Shown here piece after piece: positions 1 to 15,320 of a stretch of DNA of 64,000 bases. The position numbers were made by a program, and so were the translations under genes. Origin of the DNA: Paraspadella gotoi (lineage: Eukaryota; Animalia; Chaetognatha); the NCBI GenBank assembly GCA_051294375.1, contig CM119263.1, positions 30,999,830 through 31,063,829 on the forward strand, written 5' to 3'. Position 1 is the first letter of the stretch, and each line of letters begins with the position of its first letter. A model generated the notes under the pieces. That model worked only from the letters and a program-made list of their open reading frames with translations, did no database searches and had not been told where the DNA came from.

Positions 1-366
1 AAGTAGGAAAAAAGAAAAAAAAAAGATGAAATGAAAAAAAAGAAGAAAAGGACATAAATGTGGAAAAAAAGGAAAATGAAAAGAAAATATTAAAAATAGA
101 AAAAGAAATATTAAGGAGGAACAGAAATAAAATAAAACGGGGAAGAAAGGGAATTTAAAAGTTGGAAACGGGAAAAAGAGGAGGGAAAAGGAAAGTGAAA
201 AAGAGAAAAGATAGAGAGGGAGTAAAAAAGGAAAGATAAGGGGGAAAAAAGATAGAGTTGAGAAACTGGAGAGGGAGTTATAGTTAAAACAGAGAGAATG
301 AAAGAGAAAGGAGAGAGATAAAGGGAGGGAAATAGAATTAAATGGTCAGAGAGGATTATTTAGAAA

Positions 367-407
<41 letters not shown>

Positions 408-2160
408 TGTGTGTAAATGGCATCAAATGGGCAATATTTATTCGTTTTTCGACCCAGACTTTCCCCACAAGACGATGGCTTTTAAAATTGGCATTTAAAA
501 TTGGCTTTAAAAATCAATATCATTATTAATTTCATTAAAATCATTGTTTATTAATATGTGAGCAGTACAAATGCAGTTTCTCATTTATGGTAATAAATTT
601 TTCAATAAATTTTCCCCTCATCCTAATTCTCTTCCTCTGCCTCCTCCTTCCCTTCTTCCTCCCCGTCTTCCTCTTCCTCCCCTTCTCCCTCCTCAACTTC
701 CTCTGCCTCCTTCTCCCCTTGTTCATCCCCCACTTCCCTCCCTTTCTCCATCTCCTCTTTCCCTCCCTTTCTCCCTTTCTCCTCTTATCCCCCTCTTATC
801 TCCCTATCCCTACTCCTCCCTTTCTCCCTCCACCTCTTCCCTCCCTTTCTCCTTCCCTCCTCCCTTTTCTCCCTCCCCTTCTCCCTCCCCTCTTCCTCTC
901 CCTTTCTCCCTCCCCTCCTCCTCTTCCCTCCCTTTCTCTCTCTTCTTCTCCTAATCTCCCTCTCCCTACTCCTCCTCTTCTGCCTACCCCTCTTCTTCTT
1001 CCTTACTCCCTCCCCTCCTTCCTCTCCCTCTTCCCCTCCTTTCTCCTCTTCCTCTCCTTAACTCCCTCTTCCTACTCCTCCCTTCTCCCTCCCCCTCTTC
1101 CCTCCCTTTCTCCCTCAGCCGCCTCCACCCTCCACGCCTCCCGCCTCGCCTCTTGTCTCCTCCTCCTCAATGACGCCTTCAAGATTCTCCTCTACTGCGG
1201 TCTCAGCTTCATTTAGAAGGTGAGAATGAAGAGAGAATGAAGGGAGAATGAAGACTGAAGAGAGAATGAATGGGAAATAAGGGAGAATGAAAAGGAGTAT
1301 GAAGAGAGTATGAATGGGGAAAAAAGAAAGAATTAAGGGAGAATGAAGAGAGAATGAATGGGAAATAAGGGAGAATGAAAAGGAGAATGAAGAGAGAATG
1401 AATGAAGAATTAATGGACAAATAAGGGAGAAGAAAGACAGAATGAAGAGAGAATGAATGGGGAAATAAGGGAGAATGAAGGGAGAATTAAGAGCAAATAA
1501 AATTTGAAATAAGGGAGAATGAAGGGAGAATTAAGAGAGAACGAGGGGAGAATGAATATAAAATGAATGGGGAAATAAGTGAGAATGAAAAGAGAATGTG
1601 TTGGAGGAGATTTTATGTAAATCTCCTCCAACAAATGAAGAGAGAATGAAGCAGGAATGAAGAGAGAGGGAATAAAGTTTATATGAAGGATGAATAGAGA
1701 GAGAATGAAGGGTGAAGGAAGCGGGAAATAAGAACAAGAACAAGAGAGGAAGGAAAATAAAATGAGAAAAAATGAAGCAAGAATGAAGGGAGAATGAAGA
1801 ACAATTGAAGATAGAATGAAGTGAGCATCAGGACTGAAAGTATGAAACAAGAAAATGAAGCAAGAATGAACATAAAATGAAGCATGAATGAACTATGAAT
1901 GAAGCAAGGATGCGAGAATAAAGTAAGCCTAAAGTGAGAATGAAGCGAAGATAACAAAAAATATGATTGTTAATGTTTAAATAAATAAAAGTTAACAAGA
2001 TTAGCAGAAAATGAGCGGAGAATAAAAGAAAATGAAAGGAGATCGAAAATGTTTGAAAAAGAAAAAAAGACTGAGGAATGAGGATAAACACAACATCGCT
2101 AATGCGTAAAGAACGTGGAACAAAGAAAATCAGGAAAAACATTGAAATCAAAGAAAAACA
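1..2160. repeat. Low-complexity purine/pyrimidine tracts, an (AG)n microsatellite and GAATGAA-rich degenerate repeats
   Basis: A/G-rich 1-405, C/T-rich 625-1115 and degenerate gagaatgaa units 1220-1950. ORFs here are compositional artefacts. Confidence 0.85.
1119..1219 (+). pseudogene. Isolated exon resembling rhodopsin-family GPCR TM7/helix 8, with an apparent frameshift
   Basis: Bounded by tccctcag| and |gtgaga. Reads ASCLLLLNDAFKILLYCGLS, and SFRR continues in another frame, resembling N-x-x-x-x-x-x-YC-x-x-S-x-x-FR of peptide GPCRs. The resemblance is weak. Confidence 0.3.
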
Positions 2161-3524
2161 TTCAAAGGACGAAATGACCGAAGATTGGAACTTTGAACAT
2201 TTAGTTTTATATTAAACTGTTAACCTTCCAATTTTCTCTCTGTGAAACGTATTTCCGAATTTTACAAAAAAATATTTTATGAGTTTTATTAGTTAACATT
2301 GTTTTCATTTTCATTTTTATTTCATTTCTTCATTTCTCACCCTATCTTGTTTTTGTTTTGCTCATTGTTTCTATTTTATCACAGTTCTATCACATTCTAT
2401 CACTGACCTAATGAATATCGGTAGAAACGCGCAGTGCAGTCCTCCTATCAGACGTCTTTAAGAATAAACAAAATACTACCATTTGTAAAGCTACAATACT
2501 CCCAAGAAATAGCTAAATATTATTTGGAGAGCTGAATAATTATTAAACTATATAAAAAGTGTTCATAAAATAGGTAGTAAAAAAATATTTCCACGAAAAC
2601 CGTCTCAAACCATATGAGAAATAATCTAACCCGCAAGAATATGAGATTGAAGAACTAGATTGCATTTGAAAAGAAACAACAGTTGCTCTGATACACTACT
2701 TCTCTTATTTAATTCTCAATTCCAATTATTTTCTTATTCATATCAAATTGCTATGATTATTTTCCACAAACGACGGTTTTATTCTCATTATAATCTCGAC
2801 ATTTTGAGCTTCGAAAATCCGCGACACGGAGTCGATGCCATCCCCACGTCGCTTTATGGCTCGAGCAGCGGCAGCCTTTTAGATTACAGCAGCATCGATT
2901 TAGCCGACAGCAGCAACTGCAGCAACGCTTTATCCTGCAGCATCATCGTATCCCTGAATCGAAGGTTTTGTCTCCGAAGGGATTTTAAGCTTTTTAAGGA
3001 CAAAGACCTCTCGACCGCTTTTGTCTTTCTAGACAAGGATATTGTCCTCTGGCGCCTAACACCGTTGAAGACGTTAAAGAGGCCATTGTCCTTTAGTGCA
3101 AGAAACATTTTTGTCTTTTAGCTTCGAAGACAATAACAAGGCCGTGTCTTTGGGCTTTGGAGCAAAAACAAGAGTATGACTCATTGTCTTTCTGCTTTGA
3201 AGACAAAAACATTCCTTCTAACGCTTTGTCTGTTAACTTCCAAGTCAAGCCCAAATGTTAGTGTATAAGGGCAAGAAAAAACTTTTTTCAATATGTTCGG
3301 ATACAAAAATATCGATATTTACTAGAGAAAAAAGAAAACGCCATCTGATGACGAAAACAAGATTGTGGTCTAGTGACAAAGAATTTATTTGTTAAGTCTT
3401 ATTCAACATTTAATTTCCTTTTGACTTTTAGAGATATGATTATGCCGCCTCTGGTCTCGTCTTTTTCTATAATCACGTCATATCTTCTCTCATCTTCTTT
3501 ATCATTTCTTTAATAACATCATCT

Positions 3525-4505
3525 CCTTTCCTTTTTCCTCTCTTTTTTTTCATTTTTCCTCTTTTTTTCCTTTTTCTTCTCTTTTTTTCTTTCTTCTTCT
3601 CTTTTCTCCTTTTCTTCTCTTTTTTCCCCTTTTTCCTCTCTTTTTTCCTTTCTTCTTCTCTTTTTTCCCTTTTTCCTCTCTTTTTTCTTTTCTTCTTCTT
3701 TTTTTCCCCTTTTTCCTCTCTTTTTTCTTTCTTCTTCTCTTTTTTCTCCCTTTTTCCTCTCTTTTTTCCTTTCTTCTTCTCTTTTTTCCTTTTTACTCTC
3801 TTTTTTCCTTTCTTCTTTTCCTTTTTTCCCTTTTTCCTCTCTTTTTTCCTTTCTTCGTCTCTTTTTTTCCCTTTTTCCTCTCTTTTTTCCTTTCTTCTTT
3901 TCTTTTTTCCCTTTTTTATCTTTTTTTCCTTTCTTCTTCTCTTTTTTTCCTTTTTTCTACTCTTTTTTCATTTCTTATTCTCTTTTTTTCCCTTTTTTCT
4001 CTCTTTTTTCCTTTCTTCTTCTCTTTTTTCCCTTTTCTCTTTTTTCTTTTCTTCTTATCTTTTTTCCCCTGTTCCTATCTTTTTTCTTTCTCCTTGTCTT
4101 TTTTTCCCATTTTCCTCACTTTTTTCCTTTCTTCTTCTCTTTATTTCCCTTTTTCCTCTCTTTTTTCCTTTCTTCTTATCTTTTTCCCTTGTTCCTATCT
4201 TTTTTCTTTCTTCTTCTCTTTTTTTACCATTTTCCTCTGTTTTTTCCTTTCTTCTTCTCTTTCTTTCCCTTTTTCCTCTCTTTTTTGCTTTCTTCTTATC
4301 TTTTTTCCCCTGTTCCTCTCTTTTTTCTTTCTTCTTCTCTTTCTTTCCCTTTTTCCTCTCTTTTTTCCTTTCTTCTTATCTTTTTTTCCCCTGTTCCTAT
4401 CTTTTTTCCTTTCTTCTAATCTTTTTTTGCCCTGTTCCTATCTTTTTTTCTTTCTTCTTCTCTTTTTTCCCTTTTTCCTCTCTTTTTTCCTTTCTTCTTC
4501 TCTTT
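3525..4505. repeat. T/C-rich degenerate minisatellite (~30-35 bp units)
   Basis: Recurring ctctcttttttcctttcttcttctc-type units. Confidence 0.85.
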
Positions 4506-4877
4506 CAATCTCATCCTTTATCTCCTCGTCGTTGGGAAAAAGAAAGTTATGGTCGACTGTCGAGGTCGACGGAATCGGGTTGGAAGCGTATGGAGAAGCG
4601 GATAGAAGCGGACAATGACGCGAATGAAAGCGGACGACGGAGAAGATGGAAGCGAACAATAATATGAATGGATGGCTGAGGGCAAAGCAGATGGTAGCGG
4701 ACAATAATGCTTAAGGGTCTGAAGTAGTCAATCACTGAACCAGGGGTTTTAAAACGGAAATACTTTAATTTTGAAGCGGAAGCGGAAGCGGAAGCAGGCG
4801 ATAAAATAAATTGTTGTCCACGAAAAAACCTCAACGATGATGGAAAAGATTCTTACGGCGTCAAAAAACCGACGCCC

Positions 4878-5286
4878 TTTGATGCTACACTGTTGCATTG
4901 GCGCAGCACCACAGCAAGTGGGTTTTCATTCTACACTGTTGCATTGACGCAGCACCACAGCAACTTGGTTTTGATGCTACACTGTTGAATTGTCGCAGCA
5001 CCACAGAAACTTGGTTTTGATGCTACACTGTTGCATTGACGCAGCACCACAGCAACTTGGTTTTGATGCAACACTGTTATATTGGCGCAGCACCACAGCC
5101 ACTTGGTTTTGATGCTACACAGTTGCATTGGCGCAGCACCACAGCAACTTGGATTTGATGCTACACTGTTGCAATGGCGCAGAATCACGGCAACTTGGTT
5201 TGGAAGCCACACTGTTGCATTGGCGCAGCACCACAGCAACTTGATTTTAATGCTACACTGTTGCATTGGGGCAGCACCACAGCAAC
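4878..5286. repeat. 46-bp tandem minisatellite, ~9 copies
   Basis: Unit gatgctacactgttgcattggcgcagcaccacagcaacttggtttt recurs at 46-bp spacing (4881, 4927, 4973 ... 5249). Confidence 0.95.
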
Positions 5287-5799
5287 ATATTACATTAAAT
5301 CTAAACTAAAAGAAGTTGATGATCACGTGATCAGTTTTATCAGAAAGAAGATAATAAAGGAAAAGGAGGAGGAGGAGGAGCAGGAAGAGGATTAGGATTA
5401 AGACTTTTGAGGAGATTCCATCGACGGGTCCGATGCTGTAGACGACGCCGCCGCCTCCGCTGCCGGGGCCGCCGCCTCCGCCGACACCTCCGCCGCTGCC
5501 GTCACCGCCTCTGCCGCCGCCTCCGCCGCTGCCGCCTCAGCCGCCTCCGTCGTTTCGTTTTTATGGCGATTTTTTTGCGAAAGGACTTTTCAGTTGAGGC
5601 TCACAATATTTTTTTTTAGCGACGACCGAAGAGAATGACGACGATGACGACGACGACGGTGACAGATATATTGACACTGACGAATACTGAGACGACGACG
5701 ACGACATCTCAAACGAAATCGTAAATGATGTTGAAATCATGTCTCTCCATTTTGTGATGAAAACAGTGATAATGTTGAAAAAACAAGATCGGTCCATCC

Positions 5800-6043
5800 A
5801 ATGTGTTGCGACGCAGTGACTGTCTTCGCCCATGCATTAGAATTTTCTGACGACGGCGCGAGCGGTCACTTAGATTTGAGGTTTTTTCTTGTCTTAACAA
5901 CTGTGCACCCAACTATGGGTGAGTTATGAGCATTTTTAACGTAAGTGGGACAGACCGACGGATATACATGCCGACCGACCGACAGACCGACCGAAAAGTG
6001 ACTTATAGAGTTTCTCCGCGAGTACTTGCGGCGCAACTAAAAA
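5800..6043 (+). mobile_element. Non-autonomous Helentron-associated (HINE/DINE-1-like) element, copy 1
   Basis: Shares cacttagatttgaggtttttt...gcattttaacgtaagtggga with the copies at 11.5 kb and 16.8 kb. Has a (GACC)n microsatellite, a 3' hairpin ccgcgagtacttgcgg and an actaaaaa end. Confidence 0.65.
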
Positions 6044-6243
6044 CCAGACAACGATGATATCATCGATGACAGCTACAATGACGAAAAGGACTACAATGAT
6101 GATTACAAAGACGGCAAAGATGATAACGAAGACGAACGATGACGGCGACAATGACTAGGACGGTGACGATGATGACGATGACGGCAGGACGCACAAATCG
6201 TCCGAATTCTAGGAAGAGACAATCGCTTTCTGTAAACCTGTAA

Positions 6244-6597
6244 ATCGCAGGAAATGGACCAGTAGATGGATCTGATAGACCAAATGGTTTGCCTCTCTTG
6301 GCTTATCCGTCTTTTCTTCTGATTGACCAATCAGAGGGGAGGCTTCCCTCAGGAAACCGACGGCAGGGAAAGAGGAGAGGGAACTGGATCACTCTTCAAC
6401 TTACCTTCAAGAACTCAACATCAAATTCTATTTTATTGTATTTGTTTACTGTCTGTTTATTCTGCATAATCTCCATCAATTATCGTTATCTCCTCGTGTT
6501 TTTAATGTTAATAAAACTTCTCTAATTTCCCCTAAATAAACCACGCCTACTTCTTTCGTTGTGGTGATCGTGGGATTCGAACCCACGCCTCCGAAGA
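6244..6597 (+). mobile_element. LTR-like fragment ending in the reverse complement of a tRNA-Leu 3' half (copy 1)
   Basis: Starts atcgcagga, contains gaccaatcag and aataaaa, then tggtgatcgtgggattcgaacccacgcctccgaaga (6562-6597). Same layout as 14778-15031. Confidence 0.55.
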
Positions 6598-7353
6598 TCC
6601 TCAGGAATGCCCTCATGAACATGATATTCGCTCTTGGAAGACAACAACGATAACAACTACAACAAAGATGATGACGATCGCGACGACGACGACGACGACG
6701 ACGACCGATCGTCAAAGTCGCAATAAATCCTCGGATCTAAATAAATTTCACGTTTTCACTTTCGTTTCTCAAGAGAAATTTTCTCTTCTTTTTTTTTTTG
6801 GTTGGGGAATTCTTTTTCGAGACTGGATCGTAGGAAGTCCGTCTGTCTGTCTTTTTGTCTGTCTGTCTTTTTGTCCCTCTGTAAGACAGAAATTTTAATC
6901 CTGGAGTCGCGCCCCACTTTAAGCTAAATTAAAATCAGAAATTGAAAAAAAGATATTGACGACACGAAATTCATTTATTATTCTTATGATTCTTTAAATA
7001 ATAATCCATCCACCTTCGCTTTTCTTTTCCAGGCTGCTGCTGAAGAAATTTACGCGCAAATGTTGCGGCTCTGAAGCGGCGGAAACGCGGACGAGCGAAG
7101 GTAAACGACATGTTATCAACAGGTTGAAAATCCAGTATATATATTATATAAGAATACATAATGGTGTATGTACATTTAATTATGCATTCTTTTTACTATT
7201 TAAGCTATTTGTATTTAAGAAAATTTTACTTAAAAACCTTGTAACTTTTTTGTTTTTATTTTTCTTTTCTTTTCCTTATTTCTATTTTGTCTATCCAACT
7301 ATCTCCCTGCTTCACTCCTCTCTGTCTCTCTCTATCCTTTTCTCACTCTCTCA

Positions 7354-8400
<1,047 letters not shown>

Positions 8401-9080
8401 TCGTTTCTATCTCACTCTCACCTGTAATCTTCCGTCTCACACATCGTCTGTTTCTGTCTCACTTCACATCTTGAGTCTCTTTGGCTCAGTTTCCTTCATT
8501 TGACAGTTTCACTGTATCTGTCTCACTTCAAACGAATCAATCAGATGATCCGATAAACCAATCAACGATTCGATAATGACAAGAATGAGCCAACCAATGA
8601 TTTGAATGTTCGAGGTCACGTGACAGAAGATCCGTTTGAAATCACGCGGGGCATGGCGGGGCAGGGCATGGCAGGGCATGGCGGTTCATGGTCGGAATGC
8701 CCTTCGAGGGAGAGAGGTATATTCTGAGAGTCTCCTCCAGGGAATGGTTTGGTGGAAAGTCTTTTGATAAGGAATAAATATTGAGCGAACGCATGTTTTG
8801 TGCAATTGTGTTATTTTGCACAGCATCGTGTACAAAGTACATCGTATACAGCAGAAAGAAAATACGATGAAATTTAGCCGGTTAAACTTTAAAATATTTT
8901 TAAAAGCTTTTGCCTCAGTGTTTGTGATGCACAAATGCCAAAATCCGGATCGAAAAAAAAATTGTAATCTTGTGCAAACTGATATGACTGATTTCTGTGA
9001 AGACGTGAATGATTACGGGAGACGAGAGAATGAGAGAATAGGGAACGGAAAGAAAGATGGAAAGAAAGAGAAAGAGAGAA

Positions 9081-9295
9081 AATAGAAAGAAGGATGGCAA
9101 GAAAGAGAGAAAAAGAAAAATAGAAATAAGGATGGCAAGAAAGAGTGAAAAAGAAAAATAGAAATAAGGATGGCAAGAAAGAGGGGGAAAAAATAGAAAG
9201 AAGGATGGCAAGAAAGAGAGAAAAAGAAAAATAGAAAGAAGGATGGCAAGAAAGAGAAAGATAGAGAAATAGAAAGAAGGATAGCAAGAAGATTA
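9081..9295. repeat. Purine-rich minisatellite (~35-38 bp unit)
   Basis: Repeated aatagaaagaaggatggcaagaaagag units. Confidence 0.85.
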
Positions 9296-9650
9296 GAAAG
9301 ATACGCGTTTCACATTAAGAGATTATTATCGTAAGAAGAGGAGACAATGATGCTGCCGAGAGCGTGATGTCTATCATGGGAAGAATTCAGAGAGGGTGAG
9401 AGAGAGAGAGAGAGAGAGAGAAAAGGATAGAGACAGAGACAGGGAATAATAAATTACGACCAAAAAACATTTCTCCTCTGACAGTATCTTTGGAACCAGA
9501 AAATGTGGGGGAAAAAACTGCGGGAGACAAAATGAAAAAAGGTTTCACTGTCTGATAACCGCCGCTCTCGCCGCCGCCGCCACTGCTGCCGCTGCTACTG
9601 CTGCTCCTGCCAATCCACAAAACCCCAGCCGCGAGCCAAACCAAGAATCT

Positions 9651-9792
9651 CTGACTGAAACTGACTGAATTGATCTCTCCACACACAAACCCCTAACTGA
9701 ATTCATCTCTCCACACACAACCCCTGACTGAATTCGTCTCTCCACACACAACCCCTGACTGAATTCATCTCTCCACACGCAAACCCTCTGAC
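9651..9792. repeat. ~32-bp tandem repeat, ~4 copies
   Basis: Repeated ctgactgaattcatctctccacacacaacccc units. Confidence 0.85.
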
Positions 9793-10556
9793 TTGTTTTA
9801 CGCTGTTTTACCTTTGGCCCTATTCCCCCCAATTCTTAGCCCACACCCCTTAGCCCACAACCCGAACCCCCTCAACTCCACAGACCACAAAAACGCAATA
9901 TTCTTCCCATTATCGGCGATGGTCGTCGTTATTATCCAACGCCTTCTCTCGCTTTGCTAGTGTCTCTCTCTCTTTCTCTCTCTCGTCCTCTCTTTCTCTC
10001 CTTATCTTTACCTCTCCTTCACTCTCTATTTCTCTCTCTCTCTCTGTCTCTCTTTCTATCTCCTTTTTTCTCTCTTTCCTTCACACAAACACACTCTCTC
10101 TCTTTCCTTCTCTCTTTTTCTGCTCCCCTTTCACTTTCTATCTCGCTGTCTTTTTACTTCTATCCTGCTCTTCTTTTTTCTTTCCCTCACCCTCCTTCAT
10201 TTTATTTATCTCTCTCTCCCTTCTTTCTTCCTCTTACCCATCTCTCTCTCTCTCTATGTCTTTCCTCCCTCTCTCTCCCTCTCTATTTATTTCCCGCGGC
10301 CATATTCCCATCTAACGTTTTTCCGCCATCAACGCTTCGAATTCCTGGTTCCATTATTCAAAAATAGCGAACCTGTTTTTTGGGTTTCAACCAAGATTTT
10401 CTACCTAAGTAATGTTTTATGTTTTTTTTTATCAGAAAAGAAACAAAACGTCGACCAAATTATGAACAATGTATTTTTAAATATTATATTTTTTTAAAAA
10501 AAGGTTATTAACAGACACATATTAATTTTAATATCCTTTGTACCCCATCTTCCCAG

Positions 10557-12076
<1,520 letters not shown>

Positions 12077-12179
12077 CTTTATCCCGTCTTATCTCGACAA
12101 CATCGTTTCTTATACCGACAACACACAACCCGCTACGCAAATCCTTATACCAGTCGCATTTGTGATACTATCTATTATT

Positions 12180-12577
12180 AAATTGTTACAACCAATATGA
12201 AAATTATACATTCATTTAATGAATAAGCTATCTTGCCCCTGACTTTGGACAGGCTTTGGTGGTTTAAGGCCTCCATCACTCTTACAAGATAATGACATAG
12301 CAGGGCCCTGAAAGCTTTTAATCAAGACTCTCTCACAGTCTTGTTTATTCACTCCCACAGTACCTGGCTTCCCTATCAATGAAGTGGAATAATATTTTAA
12401 AGAATTTTAAATTGTATGAAAAGACCACTTCCTTAAGTATTAGATCAGGGAATACTATATTGTACTCCGCACTAGTATCAAAATACAAGGAGTTGAATTT
12501 TATGAAATTGGTACAACCTAAATAAGAAATATTATCTAATATCTATATAAGGAAGGAATTTTTGATGCAACCAAGAT

Positions 12578-12580
<3 letters not shown>
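12180..12580. repeat. Dispersed AT-rich repeat family (also at 26605-26935)
   Basis: Shared aggctttggtggtttaaggcctccatc, gtttattcac...ttccctatcaa and tatgaaattggtacaacc blocks. Followed by (AAT)n at ~12582-12638. Confidence 0.75.
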
Positions 12581-12640
<60 letters not shown>

Positions 12641-13940
12641 CTATTTTATAATTTTCTGTTTTGTTCTTTCTTTTCTTTCGCAATTTTTAATCACACTATT
12701 CATAAATTGAACACCTTACTTATTCTTGTTTCCTTATCTCTAATTCCATAGCTTCTTACTTTTCGCCCCTAATTTCTACAACACCCCTTTTTGCACGAGT
12801 CTCACACTCCTCAACCCATAGTACTTCACTATGATGCCTCAATGTGACTTTTCTCCTTCACTTCCGCGAAGCGAAAAAGATTCAAGTCATGAACTTCTGA
12901 ACTTATGAGCTCATGAACTCATAAACTTATACAGTGGCGGCCTTTTGAACTCTCGATCGCCGACTTGGCAACCTTGGATGTATCGCAGTTTTTTGACTTC
13001 TAAATACAAAATTGGCATAATATCATGAAAAGTTTATTTTCGTAACAGCGGATAAATTCTAACGAAAAATAGCTCTTCTAAGTTTATAATACAATAAACT
13101 TAGACAAACTTTTTCCTTCTCCCCTTAACATTCGCCATTTCTTCTCTTTGGTCCTTTTTACCCTTGAGCGACCCTTTCCGACCCTTCCCGACCCCTCTTC
13201 CCCTGAGGCCCCCCCTCTCGGCCCCAAAAGGCGCCCCCCCCATCTCTCCCCCCCCACGGTCTCGAAGACGCGATCGTCTCAGGACCGTTTTTCACGCGGA
13301 GGATAATAACTTTTCTCAAAACCAAAGCTCGATGCTGTGAGGGAGGAAGGGAAGGGAGGAAAGGAAGGGAAGGGAGGAAAGGAAGGGAGGGTGGAAAAGA
13401 AGAGAGGGAGGAATGGATGGGAGGAAAGGAAGGGGAGGTAGGAATAGAAGGGATGCAAGGAAAGGAGGGAGGAAAGGAAGGGGAGGTAGGAAAGAAAGGG
13501 AGGGACGAAAGAAAGGGAGGAAAGGAAAGGACGGGGGGAAAATACAGAAGGAGTAAGGGAGGAGAGGAGGGAAGGGAGGAAGTAGAAAGGGGGAGAGGGA
13601 AAAGTACTTCACTTAAATGGGATGAAAGGAAAAGCGTAGTAAAAGGACAGTCTGAAAAGATAAGGTTGGAAGTTGGAGAATCATCAACATGAAGTAGGGA
13701 TGTAGTATCAAAAAGAAAGAGTGAACTGGGGACGGGTAAATAGTGAATACTGGAGAAATAGTGGAAAGATGAGAAAGTTGGCAAAACCGAAAAGAACGAT
13801 AAGATTAATAGTGGGACGAGGTATAAAAGTAAGAAAGAGGTTGTGGTTACGAATAATGGGATGAAGCAGTTTTGTTGTAATCTTTTAAAAATTGCTGACG
13901 CTGCTAAAGACCTTTTTAACATGTGAATCCCTCACTTACA

Positions 13941-13996
<56 letters not shown>

Positions 13997-14519
13997 CTCT
14001 CGCTCTCTCTTTCACTCGCTTAATTATTCTTACTTCTTGTCTCGCCATGGCTGACATCGTGTGCTCGAAAGGCTGACACTCTCGAAAGAGGCCCTATCGT
14101 AAGGACATGGATTAAAGGGGCTTTGAAGTTCTGTAATGTTGCTGTAAATGCAACAATGAAGAAAAATACTTAACAGAAATAAAGAAAAACTTTTTTTAAG
14201 ATCTCAACTATAAACAGTCGCGGCTTCTTATTAATATTGGATATTCGATGGAAGGAAACTTGAGTCTCGCCTTTCCTTTATGCTCTTCACATCTAATCTT
14301 GTCACAATATCCTTTTTAAATGAACTTACTCTTTAATAAATTTGATATCCTAGGAAAATATTTAGTCAAGATAATAAAACTATTCGTAAATTAGATATAT
14401 GAAATTGGTATAACCAATATTATATATATATGTATAATTGTATATAGTATCTGACTAAACTCAAGTTAATCTAAGATTAAAGTCGAAATGAGCAAAGGCG
14501 TCTTCAAAGGCAAAGGGAT

Positions 14520-14778
14520 CACAAAGTCGAGAAAGTCAGAATGTCACGAGGTCAAAAAAAGTCAAAAGGTCAGAATATGACGGGGTCAAACAAGTAAAAA
14601 TGTCAGAATATCACGGGGTCAAAAAAGTAAAAAGGTCAGAATGTCACGGAATCAAAAAAGTAAAAATGTCAGAATATCATGTGGTCAAAAAAGTAAAAAG
14701 GTTAGAAAGTCACGGAGTCAAAAAAGTCAAACGGTCAGATTGTCACGGAGTCAAAAAAGTCAAAAGGTCAGAATGTCA
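14520..14778. repeat. 33-bp tandem minisatellite, interrupted by an insertion and resuming at ~15031
   Basis: Repeated agaatgtcacggggtcaaaaaagtcaaaaggtc units. Confidence 0.9.
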
Positions 14779-15031
14779 TCGCAGGAGTATCAAGCCACCA
14801 AAAGCAAATCGGATTGGAGACTCAGAATCGACCAATCAGCTTGCAGAGTTATTGGAACTGTAAATTTTACCCTCGTCGCCTGTTCTAGTTTCGGTAGCAT
14901 TGATTGCTCGCGTCCCACCGTCACCTTTATTCTCAGAATAAAATCTCATCTCGATTTCGCCTCTAGAAATTCATAAGTTTTTCCTTAAATGTGGTGGCAG
15001 CGGTGCGATTCGAACCCACGCCTCCGAAGAG
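14778..15031 (+). mobile_element. LTR-like fragment ending in a 40-nt reverse complement of mature tRNA-Leu 3' half including CCA (copy 2)
   Basis: 14992-15031 tggtggcagcggtgcgattcgaacccacgcctccgaagag is the complement of ...CTCTTCGGAGGCGTGGGTTCGAATC(C)CACCGCTGCCA+CCA. Inserted within a 33-bp repeat unit. Confidence 0.65.
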
Positions 15032-15320
15032 GTCAAAAAAAGGTCAAAACAGCACTGGGTCATAAAAAAGGTCAAAAAAGGTGAAGAGGTGAAGAGGTAG
15101 AGAATCGATGGTTAACGACCAAAGAAGCGAACACACCTGAGCCCATCGACCGTCAGTCTTTTTGCCGTCTCATTCTCTATTATCATCTTTTGAATCTCAA
15201 TGCCATCTCACAGTCTCTCAATTGCAATTTTACACATGTATTCTCAAATTGTTTATTATCATAATATAATCATAATATAATGTTTATTAACATAACATAG
15301 GGTCGCCATTTACTTAAATC

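Noticed and set aside
4878-5286. Regularly spaced 46-bp repeats as a CRISPR array or a Cys-rich protein
   Set aside because: The units are contiguous with no unique spacers, there are no cas genes and the context is eukaryotic. The 46-bp period is not a multiple of 3.
5407-5619. Protamine-like Arg/Cys-rich ORF
   Set aside because: It has a non-ATG start and is better explained as the antisense reading of an Ala/Glu-rich minus-strand segment.
14600-14863. ORF with 11-aa repeats (SECHGVKKVKR)
   Set aside because: It is a by-product of the 33-bp minisatellite and runs into an inserted element, with no gene context.
14992-15031. Functional tRNA-Leu gene (also 6562-6597) and tRNA-Gly gene (34323-34394)
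   Set aside because: The Leu copies lack the 5' half and have encoded CCA. The Gly-like head has a broken anticodon stem.
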